From the IMG/VR virus record IMGVR_UViG_3300032783_000063, positions 1 through 64,000 of that record: a stretch of 64,000 nt of DNA, one strand, 5' to 3'. Under the pieces are notes generated by a model that was not told where the DNA came from, ran no database searches, and saw only the letters and a list, made by a program, of their open reading frames with translations. Source of the stretch: a virus. Position 1 is the first letter of the stretch. Each line of letters opens with the position of its first letter. The position numbers were made by a program, and so were the translations under genes. Below are positions 28,233 to 38,125 of the stretch, piece by piece.

Positions 28233-30818
28233 TTAATGCCAGCCGTTCGCCATGATCTTGCGTATTGCATCTGGGTCCAGCGGGTCGAGGTCGTAGTCCC
28301 CGTCCCACCTAGCGCGGGCCGCAGCCGCAGCGGCCTGCGGGTTCCCCGCCGCGCCCTTCCCGTTCGCCGCAGCCGCAGGCGCGGCCTGGCCAGGAGCCTG
28401 CGCCTGCGCAGGCTTCGTCTTCGCGATCGTCTCCGCCGACTTCATCGCCAGCAGATCCGCAGGCCCCGGCTGCACAAGCTTCTCCATCGACACCGGGATC
28501 TCCTTGATCCCGCGTGCCATCGCCACCAGCACCTCGAGCGGCATCGGGTCATCCCCGATCGCCCCGGCCAGCGGCTCCTCTTCTTCTTTCGCCCGGACCT
28601 CGTTCGCCGTCATCATCCCGATGTCACGGGCCAGCTTGTAAATGTTGAACCTGGCCTCAGTCGTCGTCTTCAGCATTGCTGCAGTGTTGAACCGGACGTA
28701 CTGGGCTTCGGGGAGGATGCCGAACAGCGCGGTCTCGAACCGGACCAGCCACGGCCGCAGCGTGTCCGTTACCAGACTGATGGACTCCTGCTCTTGGGTG
28801 GAATAAGTCAAACTGCTACCTCTTGACCCACCGATACGCTCTGGAGGCAGCCCCAGGATCGCCGCGATCTGCGTCGCATTCAGCTGCATGGAGTTATGGG
28901 TGATCAGGCCCTCGGTGACATGCGTGTGCGTGCCAGCCACCGTGACCGCGTAAGTGTGCTGATCAGGGGCATCCTCGACAGCGACAACCCTGGTCCATCG
29001 GACGTCCGAACGGGCGCCGTTAGTGCGGTACCCCGTTGCCGCGGCGGCCCAGGTAGCTAGCCGTGCCGCCTTTCTTGGGTGCGCGGGCGTCAGCAGGCCA
29101 GCTAGACGAGCAACGTTGCCGCGGCCGCAGACCGTCAGAGTCCAGCAGTCCTTGGCGTTGCATTCCTGCCCCATGACCATCCGGACATGGGCGGCCTCAT
29201 GGAGCCGTATGGCCGACTGGACGCCCATCATGGCAAGCATGTGCTGGCACTCATCAAGAAGCCGACGGGACACTGAGGCCCAGTAGACGATCGGCTGAGG
29301 CCGAGTCTCAGCTACTACACAGCCATCCGTGTCCAGGTATCCGCTGAGGAACGACGCCTGGGCCTTACGGCCGCCAGTCAGGACAGCTTCGGGTACACGC
29401 TTGTGTTCTGCGCTGAACCCGAGGACGCCGAAGTCGCTCAGTTCCTTACGTAGTCCGCTGAGACGCCCAGGATGTCCGCCAGTTTTCATTCGGTAATTGC
29501 CGGGGCGCCTCCGTGGCATAAGCGCCCCACCGCGCTCACCAAGCCAGTCATCTAGCCTGCTGATGATCGCTGGCTCATCGCCGGTGAACGAGGAGTGGCG
29601 CCCGGTCAGTCCACCGTCGCCGACAAGCGCGCCCAGCGCCCATGCGGTTTCCGTGTCGAGGTCTCCGCCGCCATCCCAGTCCAGTGCGACCCGGACGTAA
29701 TCGCCGACCCGCAAGTCGCTTGCTTTGACCCATCGGGCGTTATCGTCCAGGGATCCGTAATAGCGCTTACCGGGGGACCGCGGGCGGCGGGACGCCCAGT
29801 ACGGGTGCTGCGGGGATGTTTCCAGTTGACGTCCACACTGGGTGCGGATCCGGTTCACCGGGCCTGCTGGCTTCTTGGCGACAGCAGCGACCGTGGCGGG
29901 CACCAGTCGTGTACCGTCCCACGACAGAACTTCATCGCCAACTGCGAGTTCATCGGCGCGCCGAAGGGCGCCGTTCGGTAGGGAGAACATACTTGATCCT
30001 ACCGCGCATTCTAGAAACTGCGCCTCACTTGGCGGCACCGACACGGGCTTGTAATCCCAGTCCCGTCCGTACACCAATGGCTCACGGCGGCGGATCGAGT
30101 TGCTCAGACGGCGGCGGATCTCATCCGCCTGCTCGCTGTCGACCTCGATTTCCGTGTTCTGGAATGTTCCCGGCGGCCACCCGCCGGCCCGGTACCACGA
30201 CGCCCCGTACTCCAGCGCATCCTGACCCGAGTTGATCAGGTTCATGAACAGCCGCAGAGGCGACAGGCCCAGGACTTTCCCCGGCACGGAGAACGCCCGG
30301 ATGTGGAACAGGTCCGCCCGGTTCAGCTGCGTCCCGTGGAACAGGATCCGCGCCCTGAGCGGGTTCCAGGGCTGGTCGTCGTCTTCGATGACCTCGACCC
30401 GGTCCATCGGCAGCCACTCGATGCCCGTCGGATACCCGTAGCCGTCGCGGCCGGTGATCAGGCCCATGGCGTTGCCCTGGAGGATCAGGGACACCATCGC
30501 CATGTGCACCCAGTCGTAGATGGTGCCCATGGCGGACGGCTGGGTCAGCAGCTGCCCGGTCGTGACTTTGACGGGGTCGCCGTTGGGGAGTTTCCGGTAC
30601 TGCTGGATGGGGAGCGAGGCGACCATGTCGGCGATGAGGCGGGCGCCGGCGTAGAGGGGGCCGAGGCGGAGGGCGTGCTCGACGCCGACGACCATCTGCG
30701 AGGGATGCGCCGGCCCGCCCGCGCTGTAGGGCACGTAGGGGCTATCCCAGGGGCGCCAGGGTACCTGGATCGCTCTGCGTTCCTCGCGGGAGGCGGCGAT
30801 CCGGTCCAGGAGACCCAC
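28233..30818 (-). CDS. Portal protein (HK97 family) containing an intein
   Basis: IADMVASLP, L.GNA, GLSP, EAQFLE, IAAILG.PP, T.NE.R; GTG start with GGAGG RBS. Confidence 0.92.
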   Translation of the reverse strand: MGLLDRIAASREERRAIQVPWRPWDSPYVPYSAGGPAHPSQMVVGVEHALRLGPLYAGARLIADMVASLPIQQYRKLPNGDPVKVTTGQLLTQPSAMGTIYDWVHMAMVSLILQGNAMGLITGRDGYGYPTGIEWLPMDRVEVIEDDDQPWNPLRARILFHGTQLNRADLFHIRAFSVPGKVLGLSPLRLFMNLINSGQDALEYGASWYRAGGWPPGTFQNTEIEVDSEQADEIRRRLSNSIRRREPLVYGRDWDYKPVSVPPSEAQFLECAVGSSMFSLPNGALRRADELAVGDEVLSWDGTRLVPATVAAVAKKPAGPVNRIRTQCGRQLETSPQHPYWASRRPRSPGKRYYGSLDDNARWVKASDLRVGDYVRVALDWDGGGDLDTETAWALGALVGDGGLTGRHSSFTGDEPAIISRLDDWLGERGGALMPRRRPGNYRMKTGGHPGRLSGLRKELSDFGVLGFSAEHKRVPEAVLTGGRKAQASFLSGYLDTDGCVVAETRPQPIVYWASVSRRLLDECQHMLAMMGVQSAIRLHEAAHVRMVMGQECNAKDCWTLTVCGRGNVARLAGLLTPAHPRKAARLATWAAAATGYRTNGARSDVRWTRVVAVEDAPDQHTYAVTVAGTHTHVTEGLITHNSMQLNATQIAAILGLPPERIGGSRGSSLTYSTQEQESISLVTDTLRPWLVRFETALFGILPEAQYVRFNTAAMLKTTTEARFNIYKLARDIGMMTANEVRAKEEEEPLAGAIGDDPMPLEVLVAMARGIKEIPVSMEKLVQPGPADLLAMKSAETIAKTKPAQAQAPGQAAPAAAANGKGAAGNPQAAAAAARARWDGDYDLDPLDPDAIRKIMANGWH
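28893..30008 (-). mobile_element. Intein (372 aa) with LAGLIDADG homing endonuclease
   Basis: Begins CAVGSS..GDEV, ends THN followed by Ser; LGALVGDG and FLSGYLDTDG motifs; removal restores QFLE-SMQLNATQIA. Confidence 0.92.
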
Positions 30819-30889
30819 AGCGCCCCCTCCGGCGTGTCGCATGCCTGTTTGCGGTGTACCGACAGCCATCACGGTGTACGGTGGCAGAC

Positions 30890-31117
30890 ATGAGCATGGA
30901 ACCCATGGTTGAACAACAGCAAGCCGACGCCCTCGCGGCCCTCATCGAGCCCGGTCGCCGCCGCCGCGCCGCAGTCACCACCGCAGCCGACGCTGACGCC
31001 GAACTGCACCCGCTCGTCGTCGCCGCAGTCAAAGCCGGATGCTCCTACCGGCGCATCCGGCAGCTCACCGGACTATCCCTGGACACCATCGGCGCCTGGG
31101 CAAAGGCCGGACGATGA
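30890..31117 (+). CDS. Small HTH DNA-binding protein
   Basis: AGCSYRRIRQLTGLSLDTIGAW. Confidence 0.7.
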   Translation: MSMEPMVEQQQADALAALIEPGRRRRAAVTTAADADAELHPLVVAAVKAGCSYRRIRQLTGLSLDTIGAWAKAGR

Positions 31118-32496
31118 CCGGCGGCTATGCGGCGTTCCTCGCCGCCAAAGCCCAGCTAGACGGTGCCGCTGGCTTTGAGCCCTCATGGATGCCGTCCGCC
31201 CTGTTCCCGTTCCAGGTCTTCCTCACCGAATGGGCTATCCGCCAGGGCCGCGCTGCCCTGTTCGAAGACTGCGGTCTCGGCAAGTCTTGCCAGGAACTGG
31301 CCTGGGCGCAGAACGTCTACAAGCACACCGGGAAACCCGTGCTGATGCTCGCCCCGCTCGGGGTCACATTCCAGATGCAGGCCGAAGCGGAGAAGTTCGG
31401 CATCGAGGCAGCCATCTCGCGGGACGGATCGGCACCCGCCGGGATAACGGTCACCAACTACGAGCGGCTGGAAAAGTTCGACTCCAGCCGGTTCGGCGGC
31501 GTGGTCTGCGACGAATCCAGCGTCCTCAAGTCTTTCGACGGGGTACGCCGCACGAGGATCACTGAGTTCGCGCGGACCCTGCCGTACCGGCTGCTGGGCA
31601 CTGCGACAGCAGCCCCGAACGACTACATCGAGCTCGGCACGTCATCCGAGGCACTCGGATATCTCGGCCACATGGACATGCTCGCCGCGTTCTTCACCAA
31701 CAAAGAGAAAACGATGAAAGCCATGGGCGGGAAGTGGCGGCCGCGGACAGGCGAGGCGTGGCGGTTCAAAGGCCACGCCGAGGACCAGTTCTGGCGGTGG
31801 GTGTCGTCGTGGGCCCGGACAGCCCGGAAACCATCCGATCTCGGATTCGACGACAACGGGTTCATTCTCCCGCCGCTTGAGGAACGGCTGCATATCGTGA
31901 AGGCCCGGACGCTGGCCGACGGCACCCTGTTCGACCTGCCCGCGCACGGCCTGCAGGAAGAACGTGAGGAAGCTCGCCGCACCCTGCCCGAACGATGCGA
32001 GAAAGCCGCCGAGCTCCTCGCCGCCGACGACCATGGTGTCGCCTGGTGTCACCTCAACGACGAGGGAAAACTTCTCGCCAGGCTGATCGACGGAGCCGTC
32101 GAAGTAGCCGGATCGGACAGCAACGAAGACAAAGAAGAGAAACTGGCCGCGTTCGCCTGCGGCGAGATCCGCGTCCTGGTAACCAAACCGAAAATCGCAT
32201 CATTCGGGCTGAACTGGCAGCACTGCCATCGGATGACGTTCTTCCCGAGCCACAGTTACGAGCAGATGTTCCAGGCCATCCGGCGATGCTGGCGGTTCGG
32301 CCAGACCCAGCCAGTCACCGTGGACATGGTCGCCACCGAAGGCGGCGCGAACGTGCTCAAGAACCTCGAGCGCAAAGCAGCCGCCGCCGACCGCATGTTC
32401 GACTCCCTGACCGCGCACGTCAACGACGCGCTGTCGATCCGCCGCAGCCAGACCTTCAACCAGGAAGCAGAGGTGCCCTCATGGGTAACGTCCTAG
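31114..32496 (+). CDS. SNF2-like helicase
   Basis: LFPFQ, DCGLGKS, TNYE, DESS, TATAAPND, FGLNWQH, QAIRRCWRFGQ. Confidence 0.9.
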   Translation: MTGGYAAFLAAKAQLDGAAGFEPSWMPSALFPFQVFLTEWAIRQGRAALFEDCGLGKSCQELAWAQNVYKHTGKPVLMLAPLGVTFQMQAEAEKFGIEAAISRDGSAPAGITVTNYERLEKFDSSRFGGVVCDESSVLKSFDGVRRTRITEFARTLPYRLLGTATAAPNDYIELGTSSEALGYLGHMDMLAAFFTNKEKTMKAMGGKWRPRTGEAWRFKGHAEDQFWRWVSSWARTARKPSDLGFDDNGFILPPLEERLHIVKARTLADGTLFDLPAHGLQEEREEARRTLPERCEKAAELLAADDHGVAWCHLNDEGKLLARLIDGAVEVAGSDSNEDKEEKLAAFACGEIRVLVTKPKIASFGLNWQHCHRMTFFPSHSYEQMFQAIRRCWRFGQTQPVTVDMVATEGGANVLKNLERKAAAADRMFDSLTAHVNDALSIRRSQTFNQEAEVPSWVTS

Positions 32497-33503
32497 ACCA
32501 GGAAATCACCGGCCGGTGGGCCCTGTACAACAGCGACTGCCTGGAAGTGATGCCAGGACTACCCGACGGCTCCATACACCTGTCCGTATACAGCCCGCCG
32601 TTCATCGGCCTGTACGTTTACAGTTCCTCAGACCGCGACCTGTCGAACTGCCGGAGTTACGACGAGTTCTTCACCCAGTACGAGTTCATGGTCGAGGAGA
32701 TCGCCCGGCTGACCATGCCAGGCAGGATCAGCGCCGTGCACTGCATGGACGTCCCGTCCGGGAACTCCGGCGGAGACTCCCTGACAGACTTCCCCGGCGA
32801 CATCATCCGGCTGCACTGCCGCCTCGGCTTCGAATACGTCGGCCGTCACTCCATCTGGAAAGAGCCCCTGGCGGTCCGGAACCGGACCATGGTCAAAGAC
32901 CTGACCCATCAGACCACCGTGCAGGACTCCGGGCTCGCCGGGATCGCCTCAGCGGACTACCTGCTGATCTTCCGCAAAACCGGGACCAGCCCCGTCCCGG
33001 TGACACACCCGAACGGGTTCACCACCTACCACGGTGCCAGCAGCCCGCCAGCCGACGTCCTCCGATACCAGGGATGGACAGGCAACCAGATCGAGAACCG
33101 GTACTCACAGTGGGTATGGCGCCAGTATGCGTCGTCGGTGTGGGATGACATCCGCGGGAACCTCGGCCAGTGGGACAAGCGCCCCGGCCAGGAAGGCTAC
33201 ATAGCACCCGTGCTTCCTTACCGCGAGTCCCGCGACGAGGAAGACGAGAAGCACGTCCACCCACTGCAGCTGGATGTAATCCGCCGGGTCGTTGACCTGC
33301 GCACCAACCCAGGCGAGGTGGTGCTCACACCGTTCCTCGGGGTCGGATCAGAGGCATATGCGGCGGTGGAACTCGGCCGCCGGGCGATCGGCATCGAACT
33401 GAAGCCCTCCTACTACCGGCAGGCCGTCAAGAACCTCCGTGAGATTCGGCACGACCAGGAGGCCGGCCAGGCTGACCTGTTCGAGACAGCGGGCGTGTCA
33501 TGA
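32481..33503 (+). CDS. DNA methyltransferase (N4/N6, beta class)
   Basis: SPPF catalytic motif, then TPFLGVGSE and GIELKPSY. Confidence 0.9.
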   Translation: MGNVLDQEITGRWALYNSDCLEVMPGLPDGSIHLSVYSPPFIGLYVYSSSDRDLSNCRSYDEFFTQYEFMVEEIARLTMPGRISAVHCMDVPSGNSGGDSLTDFPGDIIRLHCRLGFEYVGRHSIWKEPLAVRNRTMVKDLTHQTTVQDSGLAGIASADYLLIFRKTGTSPVPVTHPNGFTTYHGASSPPADVLRYQGWTGNQIENRYSQWVWRQYASSVWDDIRGNLGQWDKRPGQEGYIAPVLPYRESRDEEDEKHVHPLQLDVIRRVVDLRTNPGEVVLTPFLGVGSEAYAAVELGRRAIGIELKPSYYRQAVKNLREIRHDQEAGQADLFETAGVS

Positions 33504-33781
33504 GCCTGCAGGACCGGGTGGTTGCCTACCATGAGGCCCGGTTCCCGGTCTGCACCCCCCACGAGGTGATCCTCAAGGCCATGGCGGAACTCGGCGAGGT
33601 CGCCGACGCAGCCCAGATCCAGATGCCCCGCGGCGACCTGGTCGAGGAAGCCGCAGATGTGGTGATCACCATGTTCGCACTGACCGGCCGCTGGTACGGG
33701 GCGAACCTGCTGGACGCGGTAGAGGCGAAGCTAGGGATCCTGTCGACGCCGGGGGCGCACCGGGCATCCCTGGCTGGCTAG
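33500..33781 (+). CDS. MazG-like nucleotide pyrophosphohydrolase
   Basis: AELGEVADA...EEAADV. Confidence 0.75.
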   Translation: MSLQDRVVAYHEARFPVCTPHEVILKAMAELGEVADAAQIQMPRGDLVEEAADVVITMFALTGRWYGANLLDAVEAKLGILSTPGAHRASLAG

Positions 33782-34164
33782 CGGCCCTTCGCACGGCGGA
33801 CGGCCTCACGGGTGGCGTTCATCGCGGGCTGGTCGCCACCCATCCGCTCCAGCGCGGCCCGCATCGCCAGGTTGTCTTCCACCAGGTCAGCCTTGGACGG
33901 ACCCTGCCCGCGGCCGTTCTTCCACCCCAGCGCAGCAGCAGCCCACGACCAGGCCATCACCGCGAACAGGACGGTGAACACCTTGCCGACCAGCCACGCA
34001 GCCCCGTACAAGACGGAGGCAACCCCGGTAAGGAACGCCTCGCGTGGTTCCGCCGCATGGGCACGGGCGGAAATCTGCTCGAGCCGCTCATGCCTGCCGG
34101 CCGCCCGCGGATCGGAGACACCGGTCAGGTCAAGCTGTTCGGTGAGATCAGCGGCCAGCGCCAT
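33778..34164 (-). CDS. Membrane protein between terminase and portal
   Basis: Hydrophobic segment AFLTGVASVLYGAAWLVGKVFTVLFAVMAWSWAAAALGW; AGGGAAGG RBS. Confidence 0.65.
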   Translation of the reverse strand: MALAADLTEQLDLTGVSDPRAAGRHERLEQISARAHAAEPREAFLTGVASVLYGAAWLVGKVFTVLFAVMAWSWAAAALGWKNGRGQGPSKADLVEDNLAMRAALERMGGDQPAMNATREAVRRAKGR

Positions 34165-34442
34165 AACCGGTCCTTCCCTGCCTCGCGCGGCGGATGGTGA
34201 CGGATGTAGTGCTCCCACGGCGCCTCGTAGGTCGGGTGCTGCCCGCAGGCGTTCTCGACGCGGCGGTGCAGCGGTTTGAGGATGTACATGCGCCGGCCGG
34301 CACGGACGCCAATGAGATGCCCGTGGAGCCGCAAAAGGTACATGTCGCAGCCGTAGCGGACGACGACATCGACGGGGTTCCACCATTGCGGGCGGCGGAC
34401 GTTCAGCCCGTAAGCTGCCAGCACCCGCCACAGCCGGTCCAC
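34125..34442 (-). CDS. Hypothetical protein
   Basis: Fills the operon gap. Confidence 0.45.
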   Translation of the reverse strand: MDRLWRVLAAYGLNVRRPQWWNPVDVVVRYGCDMYLLRLHGHLIGVRAGRRMYILKPLHRRVENACGQHPTYEAPWEHYIRHHPPREAGKDRLWRWPLISPNSLT

Positions 34443-34448
34443 GGACGC

Positions 34449-34697
34449 CTATGGCATGCGGGTCATGAAAACACCGCCGCTGGGTGCCGAGTTGAGTTCC
34501 TCGGGCATGACTTTCCCGGAGCCGCCACAGTCGGGGCATTCCCGGCCGCCGTTCATGATGGTGCCAGTGCCGTCACAGGTCGGGCAGGTCACCTCGCCGG
34601 GAGTACCCGTGTCCGGAGGCTCGGGCATGGGCGCGGCGGCGCGGAGTTGGCCGACCGTGGACGCACGGACCACGGCACGCTGCCGGACCTGGCCCAT
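34449..34697 (-). CDS. DnaJ-type zinc-finger small protein
   Basis: CPTCDGTG...CPDCGGSG. Confidence 0.65.
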   Translation of the reverse strand: MGQVRQRAVVRASTVGQLRAAAPMPEPPDTGTPGEVTCPTCDGTGTIMNGGRECPDCGGSGKVMPEELNSAPSGGVFMTRMP

Positions 34698-34718
34698 CAG
34701 TTGCCCCCCGGAAACAGT

Positions 34719-36275
34719 TCAGGCGATTGACGCAAGCGGGTCATAAGTGACGCGGGCGTACTTGTTGTGACCCCACGTAGCCAAAGTGACTGCGATCAGC
34801 GGGCTTATGTCCACTGGCGTGAGTTTCCGGCCCCAGGCATGATTCCCGTCACCAAGATCCCGCTGCACTGCCCCCGCAACCGCAGTCCGCAGATTCGGCT
34901 GGCTATCCCCCAGATGCACAAACGTGCGATCCTTCACGCTAACCAGGAACAAACCGAAAGCCTGAGCCAGCTCAGTAGACGACGGCCGGGTCACCTCAAT
35001 CCGGGCCCGCTCCACCTCGTCAATCAGATGCCCCGCCGGCCCATGCGGATCAATCACAACCGCAGCAGGCCGGTACTTCGCAGTCAGCTCAGCCAGCCGG
35101 TCAACCACCCACGCAGTCCCCGGCCGGTGATCACCAGCCGGGATCTCCCCCACAACCTTCCCATCCGGCCGCCGCCCCGCAACCGCAATCGCCGCAGTCG
35201 CCCCGCCCTCCGACGCATCCACCGCCAGAGCCAGACCCCGGCCCGACGGCCGCCGCGTCACCGGATCAGCACACGCATCCCACGCCAGCTCACTGATCAC
35301 CATCCACCCGGCCTCATCAGCAGGCCAATCCGACACAGCCAGATGCGACGCCGCGAACGTCCCCGCATCCATCGACGCATACGCCTTCGACAGATACGCC
35401 TGCGAAATCCGGATCCCCATCCCCGGGTTAGCCTTCGCCCACGTCGCCGGCGACCCCGGGTCGTCATGACGGGTGCAGTTCTTCTCGCACATCTCATGAC
35501 ACAGCTCGGCGGACCACTCAGCCCACATCAGGTCGCTGGCGCCGCCGTCCATGCCGCGGCGGCGGATCCTCGCCAGGTGGAAGGCGTCCGCGCGGCCCTC
35601 AGACGCCGTGTACCACAGCTGCGGGTTCGGCCTGGTTGACATGGTGGGCATCGACGCGCCGACTGCCTCAGCGGACAGGATCATCGCCTCGTCGTAGTAC
35701 AGGCAGTCACACGTGAACCCGCGCGCGCTCGACCTCGAGCGGGCCAGGAACCTCAGCCGCCGGGAGGCCAGGCCGCGGCGCACCGAACCGCTGTCGGAGC
35801 CCATGATGATCGTCGGCGTCGGGTAGAGCTCGATGCCCTCGGAACCATGCGACGTGATGATCTTCCGGACCAGGCGGCACAGGTCCGGGGTTGTCTCCAC
35901 GAGGGCCTGCATCCGCAGGAAATGTTCCTCAGTCGTCTTGAACTCGTGGGATGTGTGGATTTGCAGCAGGTCGTCTAGCAGGAACATCCCCGCCAGCTGC
36001 CGCGCCTCAATTATGCAATTCTTGCCATTCTGGCGCGGGATGAGGAGCCCGACCTCGAACGCTGCCCACTGACCGCCCGGCAGAGTCCCCATCGACTCCC
36101 GCAGAACCCACGCTTCCCACTCATCCAGAACCAGCCCAGCCGACGCAGCGAGCTCCACCGCGTCATCGCCCTGCGCATGCGACACCGCAGGCGGCGCCCA
36201 GAACACCCGCGGCCGGGGATTCCCCTCAGCCTTCGGCGGCGGCGCGTTCCGCGCGTCTCGCCCTGAGCTCGTCAA
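34719..36275 (-). CDS. terL: Terminase large subunit
   Basis: Walker A PRQNGK, RGF, YDEA, ANP, LAVD, DISPL.A; start inferred (TTG overlapping TerS). Confidence 0.92.
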   Translation of the reverse strand: MTSSGRDARNAPPPKAEGNPRPRVFWAPPAVSHAQGDDAVELAASAGLVLDEWEAWVLRESMGTLPGGQWAAFEVGLLIPRQNGKNCIIEARQLAGMFLLDDLLQIHTSHEFKTTEEHFLRMQALVETTPDLCRLVRKIITSHGSEGIELYPTPTIIMGSDSGSVRRGLASRRLRFLARSRSSARGFTCDCLYYDEAMILSAEAVGASMPTMSTRPNPQLWYTASEGRADAFHLARIRRRGMDGGASDLMWAEWSAELCHEMCEKNCTRHDDPGSPATWAKANPGMGIRISQAYLSKAYASMDAGTFAASHLAVSDWPADEAGWMVISELAWDACADPVTRRPSGRGLALAVDASEGGATAAIAVAGRRPDGKVVGEIPAGDHRPGTAWVVDRLAELTAKYRPAAVVIDPHGPAGHLIDEVERARIEVTRPSSTELAQAFGLFLVSVKDRTFVHLGDSQPNLRTAVAGAVQRDLGDGNHAWGRKLTPVDISPLIAVTLATWGHNKYARVTYDPLASIA

Positions 36276-36666
36276 CCGTCGACCCTTCCGACTCCGGCGG
36301 CGCCAGAGCCGCAAGCTCCGACAGCGTGATCCGCAGTTCCCGCGCGACCGCTGTCAGATCCCCCGCATTCACGCCACCGTCCAGCCGCCGCGCCAGCAGG
36401 CCAGCCAGCCGCGCCGACGCAGACATGCGCAACTTCTCCGGCAGCACACCCACATCCGCCACAACAGCCGACTCCGTCTCGCCCGGCGCCAGCGCGGGGC
36501 CGACCGCAGTGCGCCGCTCCGAGATCAGCAGCAGCCGGTCCACCGCCCGCAGCACCATCGTCGCGTTGTTGGCTTCCGCGGCCTGGCGGAGCACCGCCTG
36601 GCAGCACCGCTCAAGCTCAGCCAGCCGCGCCTGCTCTGATTCCGCCCAGGCCGTCACATCATCCAC
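36226..36666 (-). CDS. Terminase small subunit (putative)
   Basis: LARRLD...ARELR.TL.EL...VDELRARRA typical of actinophage TerS; immediately upstream of TerL. Confidence 0.7.
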   Translation of the reverse strand: MDDVTAWAESEQARLAELERCCQAVLRQAAEANNATMVLRAVDRLLLISERRTAVGPALAPGETESAVVADVGVLPEKLRMSASARLAGLLARRLDGGVNAGDLTAVARELRITLSELAALAPPESEGSTVDELRARRAERAAAEG

Positions 36667-36680
36667 TCGGTTCCCCTGCC

Positions 36681-36908
36681 TTAACCACCCGGCGGGTTGC
36701 GGCCACGTTCCCGCCGCAGCCGGGCTGCGGCGGCACGCCTTCGACGCTTCTTCTCGTCGTCGGACAGGCCCTCCGGCGGCGGACCGCCGCCAGCACCCCC
36801 AGCACCCAGCACCGCCCCAGCGCCGAGCAGCCCAGCAGCCGTCTTCAGACCGTGGCCGCCGCGGCCGCCAGCACGGCCCCTACCCCCGCCGCCGCCTCGA
36901 CCGCCCAC
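36681..36908 (-). CDS. Small Gly/Arg-rich protein starting MGGRG
   Basis: GTG-GGC-GGT-CGA-GGC start overlapping the DUF4417-like gene. Confidence 0.55.
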   Translation of the reverse strand: MGGRGGGGGRGRAGGRGGHGLKTAAGLLGAGAVLGAGGAGGGPPPEGLSDDEKKRRRRAAAARLRRERGRNPPGG

Positions 36909-37611
36909 TCCCGTCAGCCCCCTGCCACCGCGTCGGGTACAGCCTGACCGGCACACCGTGAGTATCAGCGCCTGGCGGGAGCTTCCCGTACACCAGCAGC
37001 ACCGACGGGGCGACACGCTCCGCCAGCGCGCTCAGCCCCGCCTGGAACCCCGCATGCGCCGACCGGTCACGCACCACACCCACCGCCGACACCGCCACCG
37101 GACACCCATGCGGCATCGTCCCGAACGCAAACCCGAACGTCTCCGGCCCAGCCCACTGCGCCGTACAGATCACCCGCACACCATGCGACTGCCACCACGC
37201 CGCACACCAACGAGACCGGTACACCTGCCACGACTGCACAACCCACGGCGCACCCCGCCACAACGAGAAATCCGGCGACAGCGCCATGCACCCGGCCGTC
37301 TTCAGCCGCGCGACCGACTTCTCCGCCCGCGCCCACATCGACTCGAACCGGTAATCATCCAGGAACGAATGCGCCGCCGCGTTCGGCCCGGCATCGGCCA
37401 GGGCCGCGCGGTCCGTCCACGCCAGCATTCGCTCCGGCACTGTGTACTCCGCCGCGACGTCTGGAATACCCCACTCATTTGAGCTCGGGAACACGGCCCG
37501 CAGGTTCAGGTCGTCAAGGTGGCCAGGCGGCTTGGACAGCCACAGGGCGCTCGTCCGGGTGCCCGCCAGGTCAAACGCGCCTGGCTGCTCCGGAAACAGG
37601 ACTTCCTGCAA
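36880..37611 (-). CDS. DUF4417-like protein
   Basis: HSFLDDYRFE, SPDFSL, YRSRW, W. Confidence 0.8.
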   Translation of the reverse strand: MQEVLFPEQPGAFDLAGTRTSALWLSKPPGHLDDLNLRAVFPSSNEWGIPDVAAEYTVPERMLAWTDRAALADAGPNAAAHSFLDDYRFESMWARAEKSVARLKTAGCMALSPDFSLWRGAPWVVQSWQVYRSRWCAAWWQSHGVRVICTAQWAGPETFGFAFGTMPHGCPVAVSAVGVVRDRSAHAGFQAGLSALAERVAPSVLLVYGKLPPGADTHGVPVRLYPTRWQGADGSGRSRRRRG

Positions 37612-38064
37612 GCTCGAATGTCCGATTTGAACCTTCCAGGGGGTTCTGAATGTCCGAAATAGCCCCTGAAAGTTGCCTAGGGAGAGAAAAACCTAAATGC
37701 ACCTGGGCATCCTCAGTGCGATCATGAAAAAAACGACCGCGTTCATCGCCGGGCTGCTCGCGTTCTCCGGGTGCTGTCCGGCCTGTCCTGTTTGATCGCA
37801 TCGCGGGCGAAGGGGGGTGGCTTGTCTGAGTCCTCGGCGCGCGCCCTCAGTCGTTCGGTCCGGGGTCTCATCGCAGGCACATGCCGGGAGGTTCCCGAAG
37901 GTACTGGAATCAGGGACTCGGTCACCGACTCCCATTCCTTTAAATGGGAACTACTATAGTCATACCATCTTGTTTATCTTGAATGCTTATCGTGTAATGA
38001 TTGCTGTCACATGCACACATATGTGTGGATGGTCGCATGCGGCAGGCATACGGGCAGGGCATGC

Positions 38065-38118
38065 CACCACCCCCCTGCCATGGGCACCACCCCCCTGCCA
38101 TGGGCACCACCCCCCTGC
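38065..38118. repeat. Tandem 20-bp repeat, about 2.7 copies
   Basis: CACCACCCCCCTGCCATGGG. Confidence 0.9.
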
Positions 38119-38125
38119 TGGCAGG

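Noticed and set aside
39-30893. Many long plus-strand ORFs opposite the structural genes
   Set aside because: Shadow ORFs caused by high GC; no motifs, and they overlap well-supported minus-strand genes
31995-32480. N-terminal extension of the methylase or a helicase-methylase frameshift fusion
   Set aside because: Methylase has its own ATG at 32481 with GAGG RBS; no slippery site seen
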